This document shows, piece by piece, positions 1 through 8,615 of a DNA stretch of 14,433 bases. This DNA is from Mucispirillaceae bacterium. GTDB taxonomy: Bacteria > Chrysiogenota > Deferribacteres > Deferribacterales > Mucispirillaceae. The notes beneath the pieces are model-generated. The model did no database searches and was not told the DNA's origin. It worked only from the letters and a program-made list of their open reading frames with translations. Numbering within the stretch: the first letter of the stretch is position 1; every line of letters begins with the position of its first letter. The DNA lies in the NCBI GenBank assembly GCA_045538075.1, contig JAZSQT010000087.1, positions 1 through 14,433 of the forward strand. The letters run 5' to 3'. A program made the translations under genes and the position numbers.

Positions 1-711
1 ATTTTCAATAATATTTTTAAAATGATTAATGTGGCAATTTGCCCTTGTAATTTCTTCTGTAATATCAGCTTTTTCTGCATAAAGAGATGCTTCTTGAATT
101 ATTTTTTCTTCGTTAATATTTACTACATCTAATTCTTGTAATCTCTTAATAAATTTATTTCTCCAATAATCAAATATATTTGAAGAAAATTTTTGAATTT
201 CATTTAAAAATTTAGATATATTATCTAATCTATTTATAATATCTTTTTCAAGGGATTTCCCTTCTTTAATTCGCATGCTATCAACTTCATTAATACAAAT
301 TGAAACTACATCTTTTGCATTGTTATATAATTCCATTTCTATTTCATTATTTGGAGAAAAATCTATTATATCTGGAAGTTTTAAATAATTTTCTAAGGTT
401 ATATTTTTTTCAATATTAGTTAACGTGCATATATTTTCTAATATATTTTTGTAATGAATAATCAAATCCTCATTAATTTTAGGTGTTTTGATTGAATTTT
501 TGCTGATAAATTCAATTTTTATATCAATTTTACCTCTAACAAGTTTTTCTTGAGAATAAGATCGTAAAAAAATTTCTAATGAGCTTAATTGTTTTGGTAA
601 TCTAAAAGATGTATCAAAATATTTACTATTAACACTTTTTATCTCAACGATAATATCAAAATTATCGTAACTTTTTGAAATTTTACCAAAACCAGTCATA
701 CTTTTAATCAT
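1..711 (-). CDS. yicC: YicC-family protein (N-terminal part; C-terminus runs off the window)
   Basis: Not in the ORF track because it is truncated at the window edge. I found it by translating the reverse complement from the ATG at 711: MIKSMTGFGKISKSYDNFDIIVEIKSVNSKYFDTSFRLPKQLSSLEIFLRSYSQEKLVRGKIDIKIEF... This matches the E. coli YicC N-terminus (MIRSMTAYARRE...SVNQRYLETYFRLPEQFRSLE...LTRGKVE), which I recall from memory. The frame stays open to position 1. Confidence 0.8.
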   Translation of the reverse strand, partial: MIKSMTGFGKISKSYDNFDIIVEIKSVNSKYFDTSFRLPKQLSSLEIFLRSYSQEKLVRGKIDIKIEFISKNSIKTPKINEDLIIHYKNILENICTLTNIEKNITLENYLKLPDIIDFSPNNEIEMELYNNAKDVVSICINEVDSMRIKEGKSLEKDIINRLDNISKFLNEIQKFSSNIFDYWRNKFIKRLQELDVVNINEEKIIQEASLYAEKADITEEITRANCHINHFKNIIEN

Positions 712-732
712 TTATAAACCTACAATATATTA

Positions 733-761
733 TTGATTATTTTATTAAATAATTTTATTAT
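733..761 (+). promoter_or_regulatory. Candidate sigma-70 promoter for the SPFH gene (TTGATT, 17-nt spacer, TATTAT)
   Basis: TTGATT at 733-738 and TATTAT at 756-761 are separated by a 17-nt spacer, and the ATG at 803 lies about 40 nt downstream. The genome is AT-rich, so false positives are likely. Confidence 0.3.
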
Positions 762-802
762 TAAATTCTATCAATTGAAAAAATATTTTGCAAGGAGATA
801 AT

Positions 803-1558
803 ATGTACACAACCATTTCTGGTGCAGCTGTCGTAATTGCTATTATAATTGCAATTATGTCATCAACTATTAAAATTTTACAAGAATTTGAGAGGGCAGT
901 AGTATTTAGGCTTGGACGTTTCGTTGGAGTTAGAGGTCCTGGTATTATTATCTTAATTCCATTTATTGAAAAAATGGTTAGAGTAAATATGAGAACTGTT
1001 GTAATGGACGTTCCACCACAAGATATTATAACTAAAGATAATGTATCTGTTAAAGTTAATGCAGTTGTATATTTTAGAATAGTTAGTCCAGATAAATCAA
1101 TTCTTGAAGTTGAAGATCCATACTATGCAACTAGTCAAATATCTCAAACAACATTAAGAAGTATTATAGGTCAATTTGAATTAGATGATTTATTGTCAAG
1201 TAGAGATAAAATCAATAGAGAAATGCAAAAGATAATAGATGCTCAAACTGACCCTTGGGGAGTTAAAATTTCATCTGTAGAAATTAAACATATTGATTTA
1301 CCTGCTGAAATGCAAAAAGCAATGAGTCGTCAAGCAGAAGCAGAAAGAGAGAGAAGGGCAAAAGTAATTCATGCAGAGGGTGAATACCAAGCAGCAGAAA
1401 AACTTTCTGAAGCATCAAACATTATGTCTGAAAATCCTATTACATTACAATTAAGATATTTACAGACCCTTACAGAAATGACTTCAAAACAAAATGCTTC
1501 AACAATTATTCCTATTCCTATTGATTTAATCAATAGTATTTTAGGTAAAAAAGGTTAA
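803..1558 (+). CDS. SPFH/band-7 stomatin-like membrane protein (QmcA/slipin type)
   Basis: ORF track 788..1558. It has an N-terminal TM helix ([17 protein letters not shown]) followed by an SPFH core ([25 protein letters not shown]...[17 protein letters not shown]...) and a C-terminal coiled-coil ([22 protein letters not shown]). I prefer the ATG at 803 as start because an AAGGAG Shine-Dalgarno sits at 792-797, five nt upstream. The TTG at 788 used by the ORF track has no RBS. Confidence 0.85.
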   Translation: MYTTISGAAVVIAIIIAIMSSTIKILQEFERAVVFRLGRFVGVRGPGIIILIPFIEKMVRVNMRTVVMDVPPQDIITKDNVSVKVNAVVYFRIVSPDKSILEVEDPYYATSQISQTTLRSIIGQFELDDLLSSRDKINREMQKIIDAQTDPWGVKISSVEIKHIDLPAEMQKAMSRQAEAERERRAKVIHAEGEYQAAEKLSEASNIMSENPITLQLRYLQTLTEMTSKQNASTIIPIPIDLINSILGKKG

Positions 1559-1562
1559 AATT

Positions 1563-1593
1563 ATACCACCTTTATGGTGGTATTTTTTGTTTA
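1563..1593 (+). terminator. Rho-independent terminator after the SPFH gene
   Basis: Perfect 8-bp stem ATACCACC (1563-1570) / GGTGGTAT (1576-1583) with loop TTTAT, followed by the run TTTTTTGTTT (1584-1593). Confidence 0.75.
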
Positions 1594-1605
1594 ATAGAGG
1601 AATTT

Positions 1606-2835
1606 ATGAGTAATATATTAATTGGTGTTACTGGAGGAATTGCTGCATATAAAACACCAATAATTGCAAGACTTTTGCAGAAGCAAGGTCATAATGTTAA
1701 GTTTATGATGACAGAAAATGCTACTAAATTTATTGGTTATGTAACATTAGAGGCAATTTCTAAAAGTAAAGTATATCAACCATTTAATGAAGATAATTTT
1801 ATTATGAGTCATATAGAATTATCTAATTGGGCTGATATATGTATAGTTGCTCCAGCTACTGCAAATACTATTGGAAAATTTGCTTCAGGTATAGCAGATA
1901 GTAGTTTTTTATCAACATTAATGGCTTTAAAGTGTCCATTAGCTTTTGCTCCAGCAATGAATTGTAATATGTTAGAACATATAGCAGTTAAGGAAAATAT
2001 TAAAAAAATTACGTCTTGGGGAGTCTCAATTATTGAGCCAGATATAGGCGAATTAGCTTGTGGTGATACTGGAAAAGGGCGAATGGCAGATCCTGAAATT
2101 ATTGTTGAAAGAATAAATAATATATTATTAAAAAAAGATAATAATATATCTAATGGGTATCAAGATATTCCTAAAGATATACTTAATGGCGTAAATATAA
2201 TTGTTACAGCTGGCCCTACAAAAGAGTATATTGACCCAGTTAGGTTTATAACTAATCGTTCAAGTGGTAAAATGGGATATGCAATTGCAGAAGTAGCATA
2301 TAATATGGGAGCTAATGTAACATTAATTACTGGCGAAACTTCTTTAAAAAGTAATGTTAAAAATATTATACAAATATCTACTTGTTCTGATATGTTAGAT
2401 ACTCTTTCAACACACATCAATAATTGTGATATTTTAATTATGGCAGCAGCTATTGCAGACTACAAACCAAAATCTTATTCTAAAGAAAAAATAAAAAAAA
2501 CAGACGATACTCTAACGATAGAGCTTACGAAAAATATAGATATTTTAAAGGAGTTATCTAAAAGTAAAAAGGATAATCAAATATTTGTAGGTTTTGCAGC
2601 AGAAACAGAAAATCTACAAAGTAATGCAATAAAAAAATTGAAAGAAAAAAATCTTGATTTAATCGTTGCCAATGATGTATCTCGTAATGATATTGGTTTT
2701 GATAGTGATTATAATGAGGCAAAATTATATTTTAAAGATGGAAATATTAGCGAAACTGGTAGAAAGTTAAAAACAGACATTGCAAAAATAATAGTTACAG
2801 AAAGTGCAATACTACTAAATGGTTTAGGAGGGTAA
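1606..2835 (+). CDS. coaBC: Bifunctional phosphopantothenoylcysteine decarboxylase / phosphopantothenate-cysteine ligase
   Basis: 409 aa. The N-terminal flavoprotein domain (ILIGVTGGIAAYKTPIIARLL...CIVAPATANTIGKFASGIADS) and the C-terminal CoaB domain (IIVTAGPTKEYIDPVRFITNRSSGKMGYAIAEVA...MAAAIADYKP) are both recognisable. An AGAGGA RBS lies upstream. Confidence 0.9.
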   Translation: MSNILIGVTGGIAAYKTPIIARLLQKQGHNVKFMMTENATKFIGYVTLEAISKSKVYQPFNEDNFIMSHIELSNWADICIVAPATANTIGKFASGIADSSFLSTLMALKCPLAFAPAMNCNMLEHIAVKENIKKITSWGVSIIEPDIGELACGDTGKGRMADPEIIVERINNILLKKDNNISNGYQDIPKDILNGVNIIVTAGPTKEYIDPVRFITNRSSGKMGYAIAEVAYNMGANVTLITGETSLKSNVKNIIQISTCSDMLDTLSTHINNCDILIMAAAIADYKPKSYSKEKIKKTDDTLTIELTKNIDILKELSKSKKDNQIFVGFAAETENLQSNAIKKLKEKNLDLIVANDVSRNDIGFDSDYNEAKLYFKDGNISETGRKLKTDIAKIIVTESAILLNGLGG

Positions 2836-2858
2836 ATATCCCTCCTTTATTTTTTTCT
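2826..2858 (+). terminator. Rho-independent terminator overlapping the coaBC stop codon
   Basis: Stem AGGAGGG (2826-2832) / CCCTCCT (2840-2846) with loop TAAATAT, followed by TTATTTTTTTCTT. The coaBC TAA (2833-2835) lies in the loop. On the minus strand the same hairpin follows the fliS stop but lacks a downstream U-tract. Confidence 0.7.
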
Positions 2859-2883
2859 TAAAGGTTAAGTAGCAATTAATACA

Positions 2884-3315
2884 TTAGCCAGCAAAATTAA
2901 TAGATTTTGCTTCAGTCTTTTCAACAGGCTGTTTTACTATTGTTAAAGATTCTTTTTCAACAATTTCTTTCCAAGCATTTTTTAATGGCTCTAAAAGTTC
3001 TATAACAGAATCTATTTTATTTTTATCTTTATCTCTATTTGCCTCAATAAGTTGCCATATCATAAAATCGTATAATTTCATTAAATTAACAGATATTTCA
3101 CCAGCGTCCATATTTAATGTTGACATTAATTCATAAAGAATATTTTCAGTCTTTACGATATTATTATGAGCACTTTGAATATCTTTTTCATCAATGTTTT
3201 TGTTTGCAATCTTAAGAAATTTAATTGCTCCTTCAAAAAGAAGAACAACAATTTTTCCCTTAGTTGCCCCTTCAACTTCTTGTTTTTTGTAGTTCTGATA
3301 AGCTGCTATTTGCAT
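2884..3315 (-). CDS. fliS: Flagellar export chaperone FliS
   Basis: 143 aa with a FliS-like N-terminus (MQIAAYQNYKKQEVEGATKGKIVVLLFEGAIKFLKIA). An AGGGGG RBS lies 6 nt upstream of the ATG, and the gene sits immediately downstream of fliD, the canonical fliD-fliS order. Confidence 0.85.
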   Translation of the reverse strand: MQIAAYQNYKKQEVEGATKGKIVVLLFEGAIKFLKIANKNIDEKDIQSAHNNIVKTENILYELMSTLNMDAGEISVNLMKLYDFMIWQLIEANRDKDKNKIDSVIELLEPLKNAWKEIVEKESLTIVKQPVEKTEAKSINFAG

Positions 3316-3326
3316 TTAATGCCCCC

Positions 3327-6170
3327 TTAACCTTGAGATGAATTACCACCGGAACTATTTGCACTTAACTGGGCAAGATAACTTGATTGACTCTGAATGC
3401 TTGCTACTCTTTCTTCCATAGCTGCAAATTGAGCCCACATTCTTTCAAGATAATTTTCTGCCCTTAATGTTTGAGCTTCTATTCGTTCCTTTAAATTACT
3501 AATTTTAGAATCTATAGCACCATTTTTTCCTGCTTTTTTATACAAGGCAGATGTAGTAGTAGTGCTATTAACTAAAAAAGTATCGTAACGTCTTGCCCAA
3601 CCTTCATAAGCAACGGTATAATATTCTTCATTGCTATTTGTATTTGTAATTACTTTACCTGTAACTTTAGATATTTTAACCTCTGAGTTTTCAGTAAAGA
3701 ACTTATATACATCATCGGCATTTTCTTGAATAATATTAGTAAAATCTGTGTTTTCTTTAATATATTTTGCAAGTTCTTCTTTATCAGTAGTTACATCAAA
3801 CAATAAACCTAATTTTGTAATATCAATATTTTGAATATCAGCACCAGCTATTTCAACACCTATTTCACTTAAACTACCAAATTTATTATTTGGTAACGTA
3901 ATTTCTTTCATAATGTAATCTCTTAAATGAAATTTTAAATAGCGAAGCTCAGTGCTTTTTGATACTAAATTATAATATTGAACTCTTTCATAATTTTTTT
4001 GATATTCTTTTATTTCATCTTCACTCATACTTGATTTTTGTTCATCAGTTAAAGCAGAAGCATATTTTTCTCTATCTTCTCTACTAGGTTCTGTAGGATT
4101 TAATTTATTAATTAGTTCGTTATATTGAGAAGCAAATTCAGCCATTGCATCTACTGCTTTGTCAGTATCAATTTTTACATTTATTACAGTTGTTCCTACG
4201 TCCATTAATGTTAATTGCATTCCAGGAATAGTATCATTAACATTATTAGAATCTCTTTCATACTGGACACCATTTATGGAAAATATAGATTTTTTACCCT
4301 CTGTTCCAATTTCTATTTCTTCGTAAGCATTGTAAGTTAAGTTGATAGCTTCAAGAAAATTTGATGAGTCAGTTGGGCTTCCAAGTTTTATTTTATCAAA
4401 ACCTTCTCCCATTAGAGAAAATTTATCAGTAGAGCTATCGTAAGTAATAGTAACTCCTGCACCAGATGAATTAATTTTTTTCATTACAGTTTCTAATGTA
4501 TCAGTAGCAGTATCAAGATAAATTGATACACCATTAATAGTAAATAATCCACTTGTGATTGGTGTAGTCATTCCTAAATCAACACTTGATAAAGATGACG
4601 TCGTATCAATAGAACCGGCAGTTTTTCCTGCATTATAAGTTCCACCAGTTGGAACAGATAGTTTCAATACATCTAATATATTTGATGTATCTCCAACTTG
4701 TCCTAATGTAATTTTTCCACTTCCAGTTTCATTACTTTCTAATTTGAAAACTCTATTTTCAAAATCAAAAGACGCAGTAACTCCTGCACCAGAACCATTA
4801 ATAAGCCCGAGTAATCTTTCTGGGGTTAGGGTAGAGTAGTCATAAATATCAATTTGAACTCCATTAATATGGAAGTAGCCATTAGTATCAGAACTAGGTT
4901 TAATATCAAAGAAATTTCTCGTATATGGTTGCCCATTTTGGTCTGTATTTTGGTCAACAGATAGTGATGTTTTCATCCAAGCATCAATTTCTTCATCTGT
5001 TGCAGTTGCTAATCCAGTAAAATTAGCACCAGTATAATTTGATTTAGTAGCAATTCTGTTGTTTAATGTAGAATCTTGGTTAATCTTAAAAGAGCCTTCT
5101 TCAATACCAGTTGTAGCAATTTTAAATGTTGCACCAGTTATAAGAGAACCACCATTTTTATTTAACTTAGTAGCAAGATTTGTTGCATTATTAGATACAA
5201 TAGTATTTGTTATTTCTTTAGTTGAAACAGCTTTCTTAATGTCTTGGTTGTAATAAAATCCTAAATTTTTTGCTAATCGTGTAGCAGTAGTATTATCTGT
5301 TAAAGTAGGATTATTTGGATCATAATTTATATCTCTAAAGCCAATAACAGAAATATCAGAACTATTTGAAGTGTCATAAAAAGCAAAATTAAATAACCCA
5401 GAATTATTATCTCTATCTACTCTTACAGCAATGCTTTGTTTTCCATCTTTTGATAAATTATTATCAATAGCTTCATTAATTTGTTTTTCTAAATCTTGAG
5501 CAATAGTTGTAGTATAATCTCCAGCTTTATAATTGAAATTTATATCTATAGATTTAGCTTCACCATTGTAAGTAAAAACGAATGTTAAAGTTTCGTTTAT
5601 ATCTTGAGTTAGTTTTCCAGAGCCATCAATAATATTACTCATTGATGAAGCCGACATTTTCGTAATATTAGATGATGAATTAGGAACAAATGTATCTGTA
5701 GCAATCCATGTATTGTTGTTGGGATTACTTATTTTTACTGTATGACTTCCCTCTAATTGGTTATATTTAAGTTTTTTTGTTATGTCAAAATCTTCTATAC
5801 CTGCACCACTATTTACCATAGAGTAGGTTGTATATGAGCTATAGGCATAACTTGGAACTGCAGTTTGCTCTACTTTAAGAGTATAAGTTCCAGGAGGAGT
5901 GTTTACACTGGCAATAGCTTCTGCAACACTTGTATTTGTAGAGACAGCTATTTTGCTTTTAAATGTGCTTTCCATTTTTAATGGAAGCAATGTAGATTTT
6001 AAATCAGTTAATGCAGAAATAAAATCATTATATTGAGTTTGTTCCCATGTAAGAACATCAATTTCTTGATTCATTCTATTAATTGGTTCTTTAGCAGTAG
6101 TCATTAAATTATCTATAATAGCGTTAGTATCAAGACCAGAAACTAAACCACCTACACGCATAGATTCCAT
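3327..6170 (-). CDS. fliD: Flagellar filament cap protein FliD (hook-associated protein 2), unusually long at 947 aa
   Basis: FliD N-terminal motif (GGLVSGLDTNAIIDNLMTTAKEPI) and FliD C-terminal helical motif (ERIEAQTLRAENYLERMWAQFAAMEERVASIQSQSSYL). The central region carries three INGV...GAGVT-type repeats. An AAGGAGGT RBS lies 6 nt upstream of the ATG. Confidence 0.9.
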   Translation of the reverse strand: MESMRVGGLVSGLDTNAIIDNLMTTAKEPINRMNQEIDVLTWEQTQYNDFISALTDLKSTLLPLKMESTFKSKIAVSTNTSVAEAIASVNTPPGTYTLKVEQTAVPSYAYSSYTTYSMVNSGAGIEDFDITKKLKYNQLEGSHTVKISNPNNNTWIATDTFVPNSSSNITKMSASSMSNIIDGSGKLTQDINETLTFVFTYNGEAKSIDINFNYKAGDYTTTIAQDLEKQINEAIDNNLSKDGKQSIAVRVDRDNNSGLFNFAFYDTSNSSDISVIGFRDINYDPNNPTLTDNTTATRLAKNLGFYYNQDIKKAVSTKEITNTIVSNNATNLATKLNKNGGSLITGATFKIATTGIEEGSFKINQDSTLNNRIATKSNYTGANFTGLATATDEEIDAWMKTSLSVDQNTDQNGQPYTRNFFDIKPSSDTNGYFHINGVQIDIYDYSTLTPERLLGLINGSGAGVTASFDFENRVFKLESNETGSGKITLGQVGDTSNILDVLKLSVPTGGTYNAGKTAGSIDTTSSLSSVDLGMTTPITSGLFTINGVSIYLDTATDTLETVMKKINSSGAGVTITYDSSTDKFSLMGEGFDKIKLGSPTDSSNFLEAINLTYNAYEEIEIGTEGKKSIFSINGVQYERDSNNVNDTIPGMQLTLMDVGTTVINVKIDTDKAVDAMAEFASQYNELINKLNPTEPSREDREKYASALTDEQKSSMSEDEIKEYQKNYERVQYYNLVSKSTELRYLKFHLRDYIMKEITLPNNKFGSLSEIGVEIAGADIQNIDITKLGLLFDVTTDKEELAKYIKENTDFTNIIQENADDVYKFFTENSEVKISKVTGKVITNTNSNEEYYTVAYEGWARRYDTFLVNSTTTTSALYKKAGKNGAIDSKISNLKERIEAQTLRAENYLERMWAQFAAMEERVASIQSQSSYLAQLSANSSGGNSSQG

Positions 6171-6213
6171 TTATGACCTCCTTAAAATAAGCAAATTTTG
6201 CCTATCATTTTGT

Positions 6214-6240
6214 TAATCGGTTAAAATAATACTACCTTTA
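6214..6240 (-). promoter_or_regulatory. Candidate sigma-28 (FliA)-type promoter for fliD
   Basis: The minus strand reads TAAA (6240-6237), a 15-nt spacer, then ACCGATTA (6221-6214). The consensus as I recall it is TAAA-N15-GCCGATAA. Spacing is exact and the -10 matches 6 of 8. The -10 lies about 45 nt upstream of the fliD ATG at 6170. Confidence 0.45.
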
Positions 6241-6373
6241 GGAAAAATATACCTAAAAACATACTTCTGATAAGAAGATAGCAAAATTCTTGCCAAATAA
6301 GGTGTAATTTTTACTGGTAAAATATATTAATTCTTGCTAAGTTGTTGTTCAGTAAGTAAAAGGGTTTAGTTTA

Positions 6374-6991
6374 ATGATTAAAGTTGTAGTATATGATTGT
6401 GATGGTGTAATTGTAGAAAGTAGCCAGTCTATTCTTGCTTATTACGATTGGATGATGAAAAAATGCGATCTACCTCCTATTGATTGGACAGAAAAAGATA
6501 TTAAGCAAAAAGCATTATCTATGGCAGATAAAGATATATTAGAATTATTGTCAAAAGGAGATAATAATCTTTATCAAAAAATGTTGAGTATATCAAGAGA
6601 CGATGAAATTAATAATTCTTTCTTTAATATGACATTAGAAGATAATCTTATAGATGGCTTAACAATAGTAAAAAATAAGAATTTGCCTATTGCAATATTT
6701 ACAAATAGAGGAAAATCATTACCTTTACTAATAAAGCATTTTAAAATAGATAAATTCTTTAATTTTCTTGTTACATCTGGTGATGTATCATTGCCAAAAC
6801 CTTCTCCAGAGGGGTTAATTAAAATAAGCAATTATTTTAATGTTGAAACTAATGAATTACTTTTTATTGGAGATTCTACAACAGATTACTATGCTGCAAA
6901 AAATTGTGGGGCTAATTTTATAGCATTTAAAAAGCCATTATACGATAGCGTAATTATCTATAATCATAAAGAAATTGAGAATTTTATTTAG
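6374..6991 (+). CDS. HAD-superfamily hydrolase (subfamily IA-like phosphatase)
   Basis: 205 aa. Motif I DxDG (VVYDCDGVIVES), motif II (AIFTNRGKS) and motif IV (FIGDSTTDYYAAKNCGA) are all present. Confidence 0.75.
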   Translation: MIKVVVYDCDGVIVESSQSILAYYDWMMKKCDLPPIDWTEKDIKQKALSMADKDILELLSKGDNNLYQKMLSISRDDEINNSFFNMTLEDNLIDGLTIVKNKNLPIAIFTNRGKSLPLLIKHFKIDKFFNFLVTSGDVSLPKPSPEGLIKISNYFNVETNELLFIGDSTTDYYAAKNCGANFIAFKKPLYDSVIIYNHKEIENFI

Positions 6992-7371
6992 TATTTTTTT
7001 ATTCTTAATATACTACTTTGAGCAAATAAGTCAAAAATAAGACTTATGAAACTAATTAATAAACTTGCACCAATAGCAGTCCATAATCCATCAATATGGT
7101 AGCCATCAACGACTGAAGACGTAATTAATAAAATAACTGCATTTATTAGAAAATAGCCTAAACCTAATGTAAAAAATACTACAGGTATTGAAATAAATAG
7201 TAAAATAGGTTTAACAAGCATATTTAAAATAGTAAGGACGATAGAAGCAAATATTAAAACTTTAAAATCAGACACTTCAATATGTTTGAATAAAAAAGCT
7301 GCAAAACCTAATGCAATAATATTTGTTGCAATTTTATAAATTATGTATAATAAAAAATCAGTTGTTTTCAT
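6988..7371 (-). CDS. Small 4-TM membrane protein, YvlD-like / 'phage holin family 4'-like
   Basis: 127 aa, almost entirely hydrophobic with about four predicted TM helices. The Pfam-family resemblance is from memory. There is no obvious Shine-Dalgarno. Its 3' end overlaps the 3' end of the convergent HAD gene by 4 bp. Confidence 0.6.
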   Translation of the reverse strand: MKTTDFLLYIIYKIATNIIALGFAAFLFKHIEVSDFKVLIFASIVLTILNMLVKPILLFISIPVVFFTLGLGYFLINAVILLITSSVVDGYHIDGLWTAIGASLLISFISLIFDLFAQSSILRIKKY

Positions 7372-7456
7372 AAAAAGTTTATATACTGGATAAAATAATA
7401 TTGCAATAAGTAATTTATGGTAAATTACTAAGGATTAAATATATAAGGATAAAATT

Positions 7457-8311
7457 ATGATAGATTTTCATTGTCATTCAACGGCATCTGATGGGAGCTT
7501 ATCTCCAAGTCAATTAGTAAGACTTGCAGTAGATAATGGTATTTCCCATTTAGCGTTAACAGATCATGATACAACAGATGGTTTAGATGAATTTTTATCT
7601 TATAGTAACCAACTTAAACTTATTCCTGGTATTGAATTAAGTGTAAATCATAATGTAGGTCAATTACATATTGTTGGATTATTTATAGATAAGTCATCTA
7701 AAGCTATGATTGAATTAGTTAACGAGGTTAAAGAATATAGAAAAGAACGAAACGATAAATTATTAGCAAAAATCTCAAAATTATTAAAGAAAAATATAAC
7801 TTTATCAGATATATTAGAAAATAATAAAAATGGCTTTTTAGGACGACCACATATTGCTAAATATTTTGTTAAGATAGGTTTAGCTTATACAATGCAAGAA
7901 GCATTTAATAAATATTTAGGCGATGGTATGGCTTTATCCGTTCCAAAAACTCAAATTTCTATTGAAAGAGCAATTGATGTCATTAAAAAATCTCAAGGTA
8001 TATCTATTCTTGCCCATCCTATTACATTAAAATTAGATGATATAGAGTTAGATAAAACACTCAAAAAATATAAAGATTTAGGTCTTGATGGGATAGAAGT
8101 TTTTTCTAGTAAATCGCCTAATGAAAAAATTGAGACATATCTATCAATGGCTAAGAAGTATGATTTATTAGTGTCGTGTGGTAGCGATTATCATGGAAAT
8201 AATTCAAAAGTTTTATCACTTGGAGCAGATATAGGAAATTACGATAAAGAAAAAATTATAAACCCAATAACTAATAGAGCAAAAGAAAGAGGGTGGGAAA
8301 ATTTTATTTAA
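7457..8311 (+). CDS. PHP-domain metal-dependent phosphoesterase (TrpH/YciV family)
   Basis: The N-terminus MIDFHCHSTASDGSLSPSQLVRLAVDNGISHLALTDHDT is the characteristic PHP His/Asp motif. An AAGGAT RBS lies upstream. Confidence 0.8.
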   Translation: MIDFHCHSTASDGSLSPSQLVRLAVDNGISHLALTDHDTTDGLDEFLSYSNQLKLIPGIELSVNHNVGQLHIVGLFIDKSSKAMIELVNEVKEYRKERNDKLLAKISKLLKKNITLSDILENNKNGFLGRPHIAKYFVKIGLAYTMQEAFNKYLGDGMALSVPKTQISIERAIDVIKKSQGISILAHPITLKLDDIELDKTLKKYKDLGLDGIEVFSSKSPNEKIETYLSMAKKYDLLVSCGSDYHGNNSKVLSLGADIGNYDKEKIINPITNRAKERGWENFI

Positions 8312-8615
8312 GAATTTCTAAAATGTTTATTAATTCTTGTTTAAGATAATTTTTATCTATCTCATTAATACTGTTAACATTAGTTTTATCTGTATTTAGA
8401 CGTTTTTTTACACCTTCAATAGTCAATTTCTCATTATATAGCATATGTTTAATATCTTTTAAAAAATTAATATGCTTTTGAGTGTAATATCTTTGATTAG
8501 TATTAGTCTTTAACGGCTTTAATTGGCGAAATTCAGATTCCCAAAATCTAATAGTAGATGAGTTTAATTCAAGTAACTTAGAAACTTCGCCAATTTTATA
8601 ATATTCTTTATTCAT
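8304..8615 (-). CDS. Short MerR-family transcriptional regulator (HTH plus coiled-coil, no effector domain)
   Basis: 103 aa. The MerR HTH is recognisable (YKIGEVSKLLELNSSTIRFWESEF). The ATG at 8613-8615 overlaps the last codons of the upstream ihfA-like gene by 8 nt (ATGAATAA). Confidence 0.8.
   Translation of the reverse strand: MNKEYYKIGEVSKLLELNSSTIRFWESEFRQLKPLKTNTNQRYYTQKHINFLKDIKHMLYNEKLTIEGVKKRLNTDKTNVNSINEIDKNYLKQELINILEILK

Noticed and set aside
2160-2420. 86-aa minus-strand ORF antisense inside coaBC
   Set aside because: It is fully embedded antisense in a well-supported conserved gene. It has no RBS, and its hydrophobic low-complexity translation is typical of AT-rich antisense frames.
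5059-5253. 64-aa plus-strand ORF antisense inside fliD
   Set aside because: It is embedded antisense in fliD with no RBS. It is most likely a chance open frame.
6171-6373. 203-bp fliD / HAD divergent intergenic region as a possible small RNA or riboswitch locus
   Set aside because: There are no GC-rich stems and no conserved riboswitch-like motifs. The only open frames are 8-13 codons. It is best explained as two divergent promoters, one of them sigma-28-like.
6574-6831. 85-aa minus-strand ORF antisense inside the HAD hydrolase gene
   Set aside because: It is embedded antisense with no RBS and a low-complexity translation.
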